In this document: positions 39,034 through 48,677 of the stretch, in pieces | Numbering within the stretch: position 1 is the first letter of the stretch | Layout of the letters: the number at the start of each line of letters is the position of its first letter | Assembly: GCA_001873435.1 (NCBI GenBank) | Contig: MNZB01000002.1 | Coordinates: 65,620 to 129,619, forward strand | Direction: 5' to 3' | DNA: 64,000 nt | Origin: Candidatus Pacebacteria bacterium CG2_30_36_39 | GTDB taxonomy: Bacteria; Patescibacteriota; Microgenomatia; UBA1400; PJMF01 | Program-made: the position numbers and the translations under genes | The notes under the pieces: model-generated | Databases searched by the model: none | What the model was told of the DNA's origin: nothing | What the model saw: the letters and a program-made list of their open reading frames with translations, nothing else

Positions 39034-42000
39034 TTATTTTGGTATGACTCCTGTCACAAAGCCAAATGCTTCGGACAAATTCTTAATGACCAGATCAAGG
39101 GCAGAACGAGTAGCCTTAGGGGCGATGGTGACCAAATCAATGCTTTGTGTATTATTACCGGTGCCGTCCTGAGAGATCGCTCGTAAGTGATAAACTTGGC
39201 TTGGCACGAGGCCTGACAAAATAACCGTGTGATTGTTGGTGAGATTGCCGTCATATTGGGACTTTTGAGAATAGGTATTGCCTGATCCCTGACCAAATTC
39301 AACTTGACTACTAGCTGGCTCATCTGTATCCCAGGTGACAATTAGTTGTGCCTTAACATCCCCGGCAGCAAACCAAACCGGCGGGATAGTGCCACCAATA
39401 ACTTTGAGATTAAGAATTTGAGGCGGTCTGGTATCGGTGGCAGTGGTGAAGCGCTGAATATCACTGGTTGCCTCGTTACCTAGTTTATCCCTACCCTTGA
39501 CCACCAAGAAGTACTTGGTTTGAGCCGCAAGGTTACGAATTATCATTGAATGAGCACCTTTTTCTAAGAGTACCTTGACTTCGTCCCGTGCTTCTCCAGC
39601 ATTGTTTTCTGGGTAGTAGGTCACAATCGAAGAGACCTCTGTATTGGTGCTCCAGGTCACGCGGATGGTAGTTTGAGCTGCATTAGCCACAGTTTCCAGG
39701 CGAACTCCCGAGATTTTGGGTCGGGGCAGGGTGGTGAAGTCGTTAATCTGATTATCGTATTCATAGTTATCGCTATCAAAAGTATTGATCTTATAGTAGT
39801 ACTTAGTCCCATCATCCAACTCTGCTAGCTGAGTAGTGTAGGTCGTCTCACTGGTTGAGGTAGAGACTTCTTTGACTGCCCCAAAATTAGTGGTCTTGCC
39901 GTAATAAATCTTGACTTTGGAGGCTCCCTTGACTGTGTATTGGATGATTCCTGAGGTGAGTCCCACGTTTTCGGCTGAGACATCAAATACAGTTGGGGCA
40001 GCCTGAGTGGTAAAACTGTTCTCGTCTGATTCTCCAGTGTTTCCATCTTCATCCGTCCACTTAGCCTTGTAATAGTAAGTAGTGCCAGCAGTTAGGCCAG
40101 TCAGATTGATCTCGTGGTCGGTAACTTGGCTAGAGCTACTTGGCTCCTCAGTGTTATACGAACCACTACTTGTGCCGTAAGCTACTTTGGAGTCAGCACT
40201 CCTGCTTGTACTCCAACTAATCTTGGCTTTTTTGGTGGTAATGCCTGACTCCGAAGGCTCAGAGGATAGAGTTGGAGCAGTGGTGTAGCGTCCGGTAGGA
40301 GTAATGGTGACGGCATTGGTGCCACTACTGGTCGCATTGGCGCCGTCTTTGGTGTAGATCTTGTAATAGTACTGGGCAGATTCAGGAGTGTTGTCTACAT
40401 ATGACAGGCCGCTAGTTGTCCCCACTTGAGAGAAAGTGGTGCCATCAGCTGAGCGATATACCAGATAGGTCAAGTTGCCTGCCCCTTGGTAGCTAGGTGC
40501 AGTCCAGGTCAGAGTGGCATACCACTTGGACTCAGATTTGATTGATGAGTCGGAGGCCACCAAATTACTGACATTATCAGGGTCAGTCGAGTTGAGGGTA
40601 AAAGTACCCGAGATATAGTTACTGGGGCTATAGTTATCCGCATCATCGACCGCTACCACGTAGACCGTATTACTCCCCTTATTTACCCCTGGTAGAGCCG
40701 TAGCATCCACGGTGATTGCCGTCCCGTTATCAATATATGTAGCGGCATTGCCAGTTATGGTTGAGAGTGTCGAGGGAGGAGCGACGTTGACCATGTAGTA
40801 GTAATTAGTTACACTCTGGCCTAATGTTGCAGTGGCCTCAGGCCAGCTCAGAGCAAAAGAGTTGGCCGTCGAAGAACTAGGAGCAACAGTAATAGTATCA
40901 CTCCCGCCAAAGGTTGGTGCAGCCCCGCCATACTCCAAACTACAGGTGCGAATACTAGCATCAGCGCTGACGTTTCCGGCTGCATCAACGCTACGAAAAT
41001 AGACAATGTTACTGCCGGTGGCGATACCGCTTCCGTCTTGCGCGTCAGTCAGGGTGCGGGATGTTTCTGAAGTGGGAATATAGTTATTAATTCCCAACAC
41101 TGACTCAGTTGTAGTTCCAAGCCAAGTGCCACCCGTGGTATTGATCTGATACTGCCAGCCCAAAGTCCCGGCGTTATCATCAACTGTCGCGGTTGCGCCA
41201 CTAGTAGGCCAGGAGAAGTTCATGTCCGCCACATTGGCAAAGCTCCCACCCGGACAAGAGACGTAGGAAACATTGGTAGGTGGGGTATTATCAAATCTAA
41301 ATTGGAATTGTTCACTTGCTCCAGTGAACACGTTTTCAGCGTTATCAATTGCTTTAATATTAAGATAATACGGATCACTGCCAGTAGTTAACCAAGTGCT
41401 ACCTCGATAGCTAGTGGTGGCAAAATCAATGCTGGTACCAGCCACGATAAACTGACAAGTCGAGCCGGCGGTAGATACCGGCGAGGTACCAAGCAAGCCT
41501 TTACTAGTGGCCGGATCTCCGTCAGGGTCAGTCCCCAAATATAAACAGTAGCCTTTGAGTCCCACCCCACCTGCATTATCAGCGCCAGCCGTCCAGCTAT
41601 AATACGGGGCAATATTATTTGTCCAGTCGTTACTGCTCATGCTAGTACCACCATTAGTTCTAGTCATCGCGATGGCCGAGGCATTAGTGTCAGGTGCCGC
41701 AGTATCAGTAGTGAGCCCAATACTCAGGTTGGTTATTGAAGGCGTATCCGCCCCACCAAAGCCCATAATGGCTTTAATTGAGATTTTTTGGGAAGTTACA
41801 GACAAGGCTTGCATAGCAGATTGAGTCAGCTCGGCGGCTGTGTTGACATGGGTAGTAGTGTTACTAGCTGTTGCCCATGCTCCACCATCCCAATAATTCC
41901 AACTCCCACCTGACTCACAAGTGGAGCCGTCATCTAGGCAGAGCTGGTAGACCACACTGGCGTTGCCGCTAGCCGTCACTCCGTCATCGCTACAGGTACT

Positions 42001-43614
42001 CCCCGTGAGAGTGCCCTCACAAAAGCTGTCCCATGAGGAAACGGAAGAATTGGAATAAGCCAGAGTCGTGTAGACACTGTAGGTGCCGTTTTGGGACAAG
42101 GTAAAGTCGTCTAAAATAACAGTCTTGCCTGACTTTACTAACACACCATAATTGCGGGATTCAGCAGCTCCCGTGACTTGACCCGCAAGTTTCCACCAGC
42201 CAGATCCCTGATCAGTGTAGGTAGTGGTGACAGTTGAGCCGTTGTAATAAAGCTGGGCAATCGAGGATGAGACAGTTCCTCCCTCACTCCCACTGGTGTT
42301 GTCATAGACATAAGCCGAAAGATCGTAAGTTGAGGTGTCACCGACGTTGACTGATTGGGTAACTTTAGCGTCAGAAATAGACCCCACCAAAATTTGGTCG
42401 CCGCCGGTCGCTTCGCGACCAAGAGAAGAGGAGAAAGAGGAAGAGAGGTCTACGGGATCACTGGCGCAGCGAAAGCCAAGAGCGCTGTACTGACCGCCTG
42501 GCGCATTACCCAGATTCAAAGCGAATGCCCCGGCGCTGGCCGTAAGACTCCAATTACCGCCGCGGCGGAAGGCATTGTTCAATGCCCCACCATAAACTTG
42601 ACCCATGCCGTGAGCTGATAGATAGCCACTAGCTGGCCCATATAGGTCAATAGCGCCCGCTGCTATATTGGCATGGTTCCAGTCTAACCAGCCGACAGTA
42701 GTATTAATTGCTTCTGTTTGCACATCACTATTCCAGTCCCAGACGTTGCCAGACATATCCCAAATCTCGGTGCCGTTACTAAGGGTTAGCTTGGCTTTAG
42801 TGTCTCGGCCTGTACCGTATTCTGGATCAGCGCCGTTGTAACCAACACTCGTGGTTTCACCCACATTACCTCGGAACATTCCACCACCCGCAGCTACAGT
42901 GGAGCCTACTGTGCCGTCTGCCCAGTTAGAGGCTTGGGACTCGGCATTTCTAGCAATGGTCATCCACTCAGTGTTAGAGATGAGATGATAGCCAGATGGA
43001 CAAGCTGAGAGTGCCTGGGTTTGAGTGATGTGCACAATTGGCGCACCGTTTGCTGAAGAGACCACCTTGGCAGTATCAAAGCTAGCAATGTCACGATAGT
43101 CTAGTCCAGAGCCTGAGTCAGCAGGAGCGCTACAGGTGGCAGCCGTATCACCGTCTCCGTCTGCTGTACAGTCATACTTGGCTTCATAGGCCATCGCTAA
43201 GAAGGCTTTGTCATCTCCACCCGTCATAAAGGTGCTGTTACCTGGTACGGGGATATATCCAGCAGGGGTAGTCGAGCCGGCAATAGGGGTGATCGACCAA
43301 GAGGAGTTGTCGGCAGAAAAATCAGGGTTAGTGAACTTGTTAACTCCAGAGACTGGATGAGCTCCAGAACCATCTACTGCCACCAGATTACTATCATAAG
43401 TGTAGTTAGCCGCCTCCCCGGTACTAAACGTCCAGTTTTTGCTAGTGTCATTGAGGGCAAATACATTGGGGAAGACCTCGAATAGTGCTAAATAGATACC
43501 AGTTACAAGACCAATAGAAGAAATCAGGACAGTAAACGCATTAAGCTGAAAGCGGGACAAATGCCATCTTGGGGAGAAGAAGTAGAGCTTGAGTTTGTGT
43601 AGTAAAGTCTTCAT
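39034..43614 (-). CDS. DGR target (variable) protein: N-terminal signal/anchor, FGE-sulfatase-type C-type-lectin fold carrying the VR, then Ser-rich linker and >1100 aa of FN3/Ig-like repeats
   Basis: 1526 aa. FGE-type motifs GYHLISNTEW, GNVWDW, RGGNW, GFRCASD. The VR at 42466..42562 matches the TR near the reverse transcriptase. FN3-like repeats (ISWSTSRSADSKVAYGTS...YYYKAKWTDEDGN). Confidence 0.8.
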   Translation of the reverse strand: MKTLLHKLKLYFFSPRWHLSRFQLNAFTVLISSIGLVTGIYLALFEVFPNVFALNDTSKNWTFSTGEAANYTYDSNLVAVDGSGAHPVSGVNKFTNPDFSADNSSWSITPIAGSTTPAGYIPVPGNSTFMTGGDDKAFLAMAYEAKYDCTADGDGDTAATCSAPADSGSGLDYRDIASFDTAKVVSSANGAPIVHITQTQALSACPSGYHLISNTEWMTIARNAESQASNWADGTVGSTVAAGGGMFRGNVGETTSVGYNGADPEYGTGRDTKAKLTLSNGTEIWDMSGNVWDWNSDVQTEAINTTVGWLDWNHANIAAGAIDLYGPASGYLSAHGMGQVYGGALNNAFRRGGNWSLTASAGAFALNLGNAPGGQYSALGFRCASDPVDLSSSFSSSLGREATGGDQILVGSISDAKVTQSVNVGDTSTYDLSAYVYDNTSGSEGGTVSSSIAQLYYNGSTVTTTYTDQGSGWWKLAGQVTGAAESRNYGVLVKSGKTVILDDFTLSQNGTYSVYTTLAYSNSSVSSWDSFCEGTLTGSTCSDDGVTASGNASVVYQLCLDDGSTCESGGSWNYWDGGAWATASNTTTHVNTAAELTQSAMQALSVTSQKISIKAIMGFGGADTPSITNLSIGLTTDTAAPDTNASAIAMTRTNGGTSMSSNDWTNNIAPYYSWTAGADNAGGVGLKGYCLYLGTDPDGDPATSKGLLGTSPVSTAGSTCQFIVAGTSIDFATTSYRGSTWLTTGSDPYYLNIKAIDNAENVFTGASEQFQFRFDNTPPTNVSYVSCPGGSFANVADMNFSWPTSGATATVDDNAGTLGWQYQINTTGGTWLGTTTESVLGINNYIPTSETSRTLTDAQDGSGIATGSNIVYFRSVDAAGNVSADASIRTCSLEYGGAAPTFGGSDTITVAPSSSTANSFALSWPEATATLGQSVTNYYYMVNVAPPSTLSTITGNAATYIDNGTAITVDATALPGVNKGSNTVYVVAVDDADNYSPSNYISGTFTLNSTDPDNVSNLVASDSSIKSESKWYATLTWTAPSYQGAGNLTYLVYRSADGTTFSQVGTTSGLSYVDNTPESAQYYYKIYTKDGANATSSGTNAVTITPTGRYTTAPTLSSEPSESGITTKKAKISWSTSRSADSKVAYGTSSGSYNTEEPSSSSQVTDHEINLTGLTAGTTYYYKAKWTDEDGNTGESDENSFTTQAAPTVFDVSAENVGLTSGIIQYTVKGASKVKIYYGKTTNFGAVKEVSTSTSETTYTTQLAELDDGTKYYYKINTFDSDNYEYDNQINDFTTLPRPKISGVRLETVANAAQTTIRVTWSTNTEVSSIVTYYPENNAGEARDEVKVLLEKGAHSMIIRNLAAQTKYFLVVKGRDKLGNEATSDIQRFTTATDTRPPQILNLKVIGGTIPPVWFAAGDVKAQLIVTWDTDEPASSQVEFGQGSGNTYSQKSQYDGNLTNNHTVILSGLVPSQVYHLRAISQDGTGNNTQSIDLVTIAPKATRSALDLVIKNLSEAFGFVTGVIPK
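42466..42562 (-). repeat. DGR variable repeat (VR) core; homology to TR extends 42456..42574
   Basis: 119-bp match to 45888..46006. 13 of 14 core mismatches have T in TR versus G/C/A in VR on the plus strand, i.e. A on the coding minus strand. Confidence 0.72.
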
Positions 43615-44462
43615 GTTAGTTGTTTCTTTTTTGAGGGAGGCAAGTAATTAGCTTTAGTTGACACTTTCTTACCACTTTTCTCTTCAAGCTCTTGTTTGGC
43701 GTTCCCAGCAATCTTACCACCTTCTTTGGCGGCTTGTTTGTTTTGGGAAAACCCTCGAGCATCTTTATTTTTAGCAATTTCGGTAGTAGAGGCCTCCCCC
43801 AGCATGGAGAAGATTAACTCCAGATCATTCATATGATCTCGCAAGTTCTCACGCTCAAGTCCTTTGAATTTTTTGTATTCTGAGGGAGTCATCCCAAAGG
43901 TAGCCTTGGAGATTTCTGCTGTTAGGATTGCATACTCGCGGTCTTGACCAACATTTCTCTTTTTCCATTCGTCTGTCAGAGTCTCGCGGATTTCTATTCC
44001 GCGCATGCGTTTCTCAATCCAAGAATCAGGATATCCTTTAGCCTTATATATGGCTCTAGTGCGTTTTGTGGCTAACTCTGGGTCTTCTATCTCTTGTACT
44101 CGTTCATAACCGACTTTGGCTAGCCAACGCTTGAAAGGTTCTGCTTTGGGAGAAGGGATAGACTGGATAAGTCTAAATATTCCCTCTGTATTCCAACAAT
44201 AAGCCTTTTGCCTACCACCTGGAGTTTCGATTTCTAGCATAAGGGGTGGTACAAATTGTACCCCCCCCTCATCGGTCAACTTAGCTAACTCCACATCTCT
44301 TGTTTTAAGTCTTTTGAAGTATTGGGATGGGTCTCTTGAATCTGTCAAAGATTGGATAACGTCGTTTATCACAAACCACCACTCATTATTGTGAATGGTT
44401 TTCCTTACTTTTTTGCCCTTAAATATGGCAATTTTAGTAGTAATTGTTTCTGGTTTTTTCAT
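43611..44462 (-). CDS. Bro-N domain protein (phage antirepressor-like)
   Basis: N-terminal IAIFKGKKVRKTIHNNEWWFVINDVIQSL resembles the Bro-N DNA-binding domain. 283 aa. Stop overlaps the target-gene start (ATGA). Confidence 0.55.
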   Translation of the reverse strand: MKKPETITTKIAIFKGKKVRKTIHNNEWWFVINDVIQSLTDSRDPSQYFKRLKTRDVELAKLTDEGGVQFVPPLMLEIETPGGRQKAYCWNTEGIFRLIQSIPSPKAEPFKRWLAKVGYERVQEIEDPELATKRTRAIYKAKGYPDSWIEKRMRGIEIRETLTDEWKKRNVGQDREYAILTAEISKATFGMTPSEYKKFKGLERENLRDHMNDLELIFSMLGEASTTEIAKNKDARGFSQNKQAAKEGGKIAGNAKQELEEKSGKKVSTKANYLPPSKKKQLT

Positions 44463-44565
44463 AGTTAATAAGCTCTATTCATCAATGACAAAATTAGCCA
44501 CCAATTTGCCTAATATTAATACTAGATTAGTGGTGAGTGTTTTGCAAGATGAGAGAAGACAATCG

Positions 44566-45663
44566 TTACTCAAATAAGCTCTTCATTAGTCCACGAGAGT
44601 CAGCGTGAGTTAAATGACCGATGATTGCGGCTTTGCTTGCCTCAAGTTCTTGAGTAGAGATAGTTTCATTTTTAAGTTGTTTCTTTTTCTTTCGCCAATT
44701 TCTCTCCATTCTAAGTAGAGTATTTCCACGAATCAAAATGTGATCATAAAAAACCCGGTAACCCACAAAGGGCACACCATTTTTGACGTCTTTGATATTA
44801 AGCTTCTTAGGGTGAAGGGACAAAGCCAAATTGTCTTTTAGATAAACATCTATCGTAGTTATTAGTTCTTTGAGGTACTCCTTGTCAGGATGAATGACGT
44901 AAAAATCATCCATATATCTGCCGTACCACTTGAGTTTTAACCTGTCCTTCATAAAATGATCAAGCTCATTAAGATAGATATTAGCAAATAACTGACTAGT
45001 TAAGTTGCCAATTGGTAATCCCACTCTTTTTTGAGTATTTATGCCAGGCGGTTGATAAGTACTGTTATTTGTAAAAAGAGTAAGTTGTTCTTTTGGGACT
45101 GAAGAGTTGCGATGATTGCTGGTGTGAGTAACAATAATTTTTTTAATCAAGGATCTTGTCTCTTCGCACTTGATAGTACGATTGATAATCGCGAGCAATT
45201 TATCCCAAGAAATACTCTGAAAAAACTTACTAATATCGCACTGCAGAGCATAAATCGGCGTATCTTTGCCATAAACACATCTAGCTGCCATGAGAAACTT
45301 TTTGAGTCTTTTAGCACCAAGGTGTGTTCCTTTTTCAATTCGACAAGCGTAAGCGTCATAAATGAACTGTTTTTCAAATAATGGCTGGATCTGTGCAACT
45401 AGCGAGTGTTGAACTACTCTGTCTCGAAAAGCAGGAGCAGCGATATTTCTTGCCTTTGGCTCATGCACTACGAAGTATGTATAAGCCTGGGGAGTGTATC
45501 GGTGGCGTGATAGCTCCCAACTGAGTCTATTGACATTTTCTTCCAAAAAGAAAGAAAAGACACACACTTTTCTCTTGTAGTGATTATCTAGTTGAGCTTT
45601 TTTGAAAGCATTATGTAAGTTTTGTAAGTTATATATTTTGTTAAACATGCTAATAAACGACAA
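44566..45663 (-). CDS. DGR-type reverse transcriptase
   Basis: 365 aa. RT motifs incl. LPIGNLTSQLFANIYLNELD and YGRYMDDFYV (YMDD). Compact size without maturase/endonuclease domains. TR immediately upstream. Confidence 0.85.
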   Translation of the reverse strand: MSFISMFNKIYNLQNLHNAFKKAQLDNHYKRKVCVFSFFLEENVNRLSWELSRHRYTPQAYTYFVVHEPKARNIAAPAFRDRVVQHSLVAQIQPLFEKQFIYDAYACRIEKGTHLGAKRLKKFLMAARCVYGKDTPIYALQCDISKFFQSISWDKLLAIINRTIKCEETRSLIKKIIVTHTSNHRNSSVPKEQLTLFTNNSTYQPPGINTQKRVGLPIGNLTSQLFANIYLNELDHFMKDRLKLKWYGRYMDDFYVIHPDKEYLKELITTIDVYLKDNLALSLHPKKLNIKDVKNGVPFVGYRVFYDHILIRGNTLLRMERNWRKKKKQLKNETISTQELEASKAAIIGHLTHADSRGLMKSLFE

Positions 45664-45887
45664 ACCCAGCTTTCGCAGGGCTTGTCTCTCGTACCCTTTG
45701 TTTTTTAGTGCCTATTTGCTTTACCATTCGCGCTTTGAGAATGGTAAAAATACGGGCATTATTTTTGTCTAACATAACATCAGACTGGAAAAAATCACTG
45801 TGATCCTAAAAACCCTGGATATATGTCCGTGAACACATACCACTCGTTCTGGCTACCACTTTGGGTACCTAAGTGGTAATAGCAGTA

Positions 45888-46006
45888 ATCGCTGGCACAG
45901 CGAAAGCCAATATTGTTGTTCTGATTGCCTGGCGCATTATTCAGATTCAAAGCGAATGCCCCGGCGTTGGACGTATTATTCCAATTACCGCCGCAGAGGA
46001 AGGCAT
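45888..46006 (-). repeat. DGR template repeat (TR); the overlapping 78-aa ORF 45795..46031 is not a real gene
   Basis: Encodes GGNWNNTSNAGAFALNLNNAPGNQNNNIGFRCAS, rich in AAY Asn codons. It corresponds to RGGNWSLTASAGAFALNLGNAPGGQYSALGFRCAS in the target. Confidence 0.72.
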
Positions 46007-46045
46007 GCTGCGTTTTGTTAATTTTCCCCACGTTTAATCATACAT

Positions 46046-46384
46046 TTATTTACCTTTTCTCATCCAGCAATTTAACATTCTGCCAATCTCATTCAACTTT
46101 TCTGATCCCAGTAAATATTGCTTAACACTCATCAGGTGTAAGTCTTTAGTGAGGCGCAACAAAATTCTTAATAAATCTAACTCGTTTGAACTTAGTTTCT
46201 GAAAAGAATCTCTCTCAGCTCCTCTAGCGTTGTTGGCGTTTATCAAGCTTACCAGTAGTGACAAGCCCTCTTCTTCTAGTTTTGTACCTAAAATTTGTCG
46301 ATGGTTTTTGGGCAGGCGATTAATAATTGGGTATAGCCATAGTACAAAGTCATATGTTTTTTGGTGCAAGATAAATTTTTCCAT
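46046..46384 (-). CDS. Avd-like accessory variability determinant (small four-helix protein)
   Basis: 112 aa, basic/helical, immediately upstream of the TR-RT pair in the same orientation. Confidence 0.55.
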   Translation of the reverse strand: MEKFILHQKTYDFVLWLYPIINRLPKNHRQILGTKLEEEGLSLLVSLINANNARGAERDSFQKLSSNELDLLRILLRLTKDLHLMSVKQYLLGSEKLNEIGRMLNCWMRKGK

Positions 46385-46591
46385 TAGTTCATTATGACAA
46401 TTAAAACTTATTTCGTCAGTTAGTTAAGGGGCCTTGCCCTTCATTTTGCAAGGGCTACGTAAATTGTTCCCTTTGGTCACAACCATTGCAAAACTCACCC
46501 CGCTTCTGGTTGCACCAGGTAAGGGAAGCATGGGCATGCTTCCCAAATATTAATTACTAGGGAAGCGCTACAAGAAAGGAAGGGTAGATAT

Positions 46592-46906
46592 ATGAAACTA
46601 CTCACAAAAACATTATTAAACAGGTTTGGAGCAGTCGGCAGACAAGAGGAGTCGGCCGATCCCTTGGTAATTGCCAAGTTCTTCAATCCCACAGGTGCGG
46701 GCACTTGGTACGCCACAGAATTTGATCCAGACTCCAAAGAGTTCTTTGGGTTCGTTTCGATTTTTGGTGATCACAATGACGAGTGGGGATACTTCTCCCT
46801 GGCAGAGCTTGAAAGCTATCAAGGCAAGTTCGGTCTTGGGATTGAGCGGGATCTGTATTTTGACGAGCAGAGAATCAGTGAAGTTGTACCCGGAGCAAAA
46901 TTATAA
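46592..46906 (+). CDS. DUF2958-like protein (family common on conjugative elements)
   Basis: AKFFNPTGAGTWYATEFDPDSKEFFGFVSIFGDHNDEWGYFSLAELES pattern, recalled from memory of the DUF2958 family. Confidence 0.45.
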   Translation: MKLLTKTLLNRFGAVGRQEESADPLVIAKFFNPTGAGTWYATEFDPDSKEFFGFVSIFGDHNDEWGYFSLAELESYQGKFGLGIERDLYFDEQRISEVVPGAKL

Positions 46907-47021
46907 ATGATTAACTGCCGCGGGGCTAACCACCCCGCAGATAGAATTAGAAAATATGATTAGAGGTTAAAATATCATGTGATATTATTGATATGTAGTA
47001 TTAAAACTAAGCAATAAAATT

Positions 47022-47255
47022 ATGACACTTGTCTTTCTTAAGCCTAATTGGCTAACAATTGTCCTTTTTAGCATATTACTGATGCTACCGGTTATAGATG
47101 GCTATCCCGCATTAGTTTTAATTTTTTCTTACTTATGGCTTGGTGAGTTATACGGACTTTTATTGATACTAGGTTTTACGATACTTGCTTATATTGTTGC
47201 ATCAGGCATATCAAGATTAACAATATTTATTACAAATAAATTGTTAAATAAATAA
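47022..47255 (+). CDS. small hypothetical membrane protein
   Basis: 77 aa, two TM helices. Confidence 0.3.
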   Translation: MTLVFLKPNWLTIVLFSILLMLPVIDGYPALVLIFSYLWLGELYGLLLILGFTILAYIVASGISRLTIFITNKLLNK

Positions 47256-47270
47256 TACAGACGCAGTCAC

Positions 47271-47768
47271 ATGATTAAGAGATTAACCCCAATCATACTC
47301 ATAGTCATGGCAATTAGTGCTGGATATTTTTATTTAATTAAACCCACCGAAGAAAGTTTAGAAGCTCCAGGGAAGGACTGGGAATCAGCCAAGAAAGTAG
47401 AAGATTATTTTATTGAACGCCTCCACATGACTGTTCCTGAAGCCGAGCAGATCAGATCCAAGCCAGGAGTTGATGGAACAGTTGACTTGCGAATCAGTAC
47501 AGAAGTTACACTTGATGCTCTTATAGGCAATCTATATCACTATGGATTTATCAGGGATGAAAAAGCTTTTAGGTACGCTCTTGAGCACACCAAAGACACA
47601 ACCCCAAGCGATAAAGCTCTTAAGGTAGGAAATAACGGAACAATCGATACAAACGCAGAATATAGAATCTCTGAGAACATGAGTGCTTGGGAACTGGCTG
47701 ATTTACTGCTCAACAAACCCGCTGGACATTACTCATATGATAAATATAATTATTTTTTCATGCCTTAG
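47271..47768 (+). CDS. hypothetical secreted protein
   Basis: 165 aa with signal anchor. Confidence 0.4.
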   Translation: MIKRLTPIILIVMAISAGYFYLIKPTEESLEAPGKDWESAKKVEDYFIERLHMTVPEAEQIRSKPGVDGTVDLRISTEVTLDALIGNLYHYGFIRDEKAFRYALEHTKDTTPSDKALKVGNNGTIDTNAEYRISENMSAWELADLLLNKPAGHYSYDKYNYFFMP

Positions 47769-48542
47769 TTACTCGTCATCTGAATCGACCTTTTCCCAGT
47801 TACCAGCAAAAGCCTGCTCGTGAGTAGCTAAATAGACCTCTGTTTCATCTAGCGATGTCTCGTCATAAATTCTCCCTAAGTGTTTTTTGAGATAGATCAA
47901 GCTAGCAAACCCTGGACAGATAAATAGAATGGTTGGGAAAGGGTGTCCCGTTTTCTCCTCAAATTTGCCATCTTCCAGATAATCGTTATATTGCTCGATT
48001 CTTCGCCTGAGAGCAAAGCGTGGCGACGCGTCGTCGATTAGTTCGACAAAATAACGCTTAGTTTCATTCTTCTTATCAACTCTGGCAAAATACGCATCCG
48101 GCAGGGGGTGAAGTAGATAAGGATGAGCCAATAGATCAGTTTTGGTAAAAAAGTGAAGAGTATGAGCTGATTTCTGGGAGTCAGTTATTAGGTGAAGATA
48201 ATACTCAGCAATAAATGAAGACCTAGCGATAAACTGTTGAGAGCGCATTTTCTCTCGATAGACTCGCTTGAGAGCTCGCTTGTCTATACCGTCTCTACCT
48301 TCCAATATCTTAATACTGCCTGAGGCTAGGTAATATACGGCTGGTTGATTGGCTTGACCTAGTGAGCGAGTGTAGTGTTTGCCGATGTAGTTGTGAGTAG
48401 TGAGAATTTGTAGGTGATAGTTCGTTAGACGGATATTTTTGTGACTCAGAAGTTTAGAGATTTGACGACTAGTTAAGAAACGAAAACGATAAAGATAGTG
48501 AAGTATTGTAAGTTGGGATGCTGGTAATTGTTGACTGGCCAT
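47769..48542 (-). CDS. Replic_Relax family protein (replication-relaxation, winged helix)
   Basis: N-terminal LTILHYLYRFRFLTSRQISKLL wHTH typical of this family. 257 aa. Adjacent to the coupling protein. Confidence 0.55.
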   Translation of the reverse strand: MASQQLPASQLTILHYLYRFRFLTSRQISKLLSHKNIRLTNYHLQILTTHNYIGKHYTRSLGQANQPAVYYLASGSIKILEGRDGIDKRALKRVYREKMRSQQFIARSSFIAEYYLHLITDSQKSAHTLHFFTKTDLLAHPYLLHPLPDAYFARVDKKNETKRYFVELIDDASPRFALRRRIEQYNDYLEDGKFEEKTGHPFPTILFICPGFASLIYLKKHLGRIYDETSLDETEVYLATHEQAFAGNWEKVDSDDE

Positions 48543-48677
48543 AGTATATGGTGGGCAGTGTGGAATGATTGTATCATTCCTCTCCCTTATTTATAAGGAA
48601 TAAGAGGTAAAAGTAAAAATAAAAAAGGTTAATAGATCGGTCTAATCTCAAAAATACCATTTCCTACCGGTAGGTAA

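Noticed and set aside
39054-42618. Short ORFs on both strands inside the 1526-aa target gene
   Set aside because: Nested within a long gene supported by domain evidence. Shadow frames.
45795-46031. 78-aa ORF (MGKINKTQHAFLCGGNWNNTSN...) on the minus strand upstream of the RT
   Set aside because: It is simply the DGR template repeat read in the open target-gene frame. Not a protein-coding gene.
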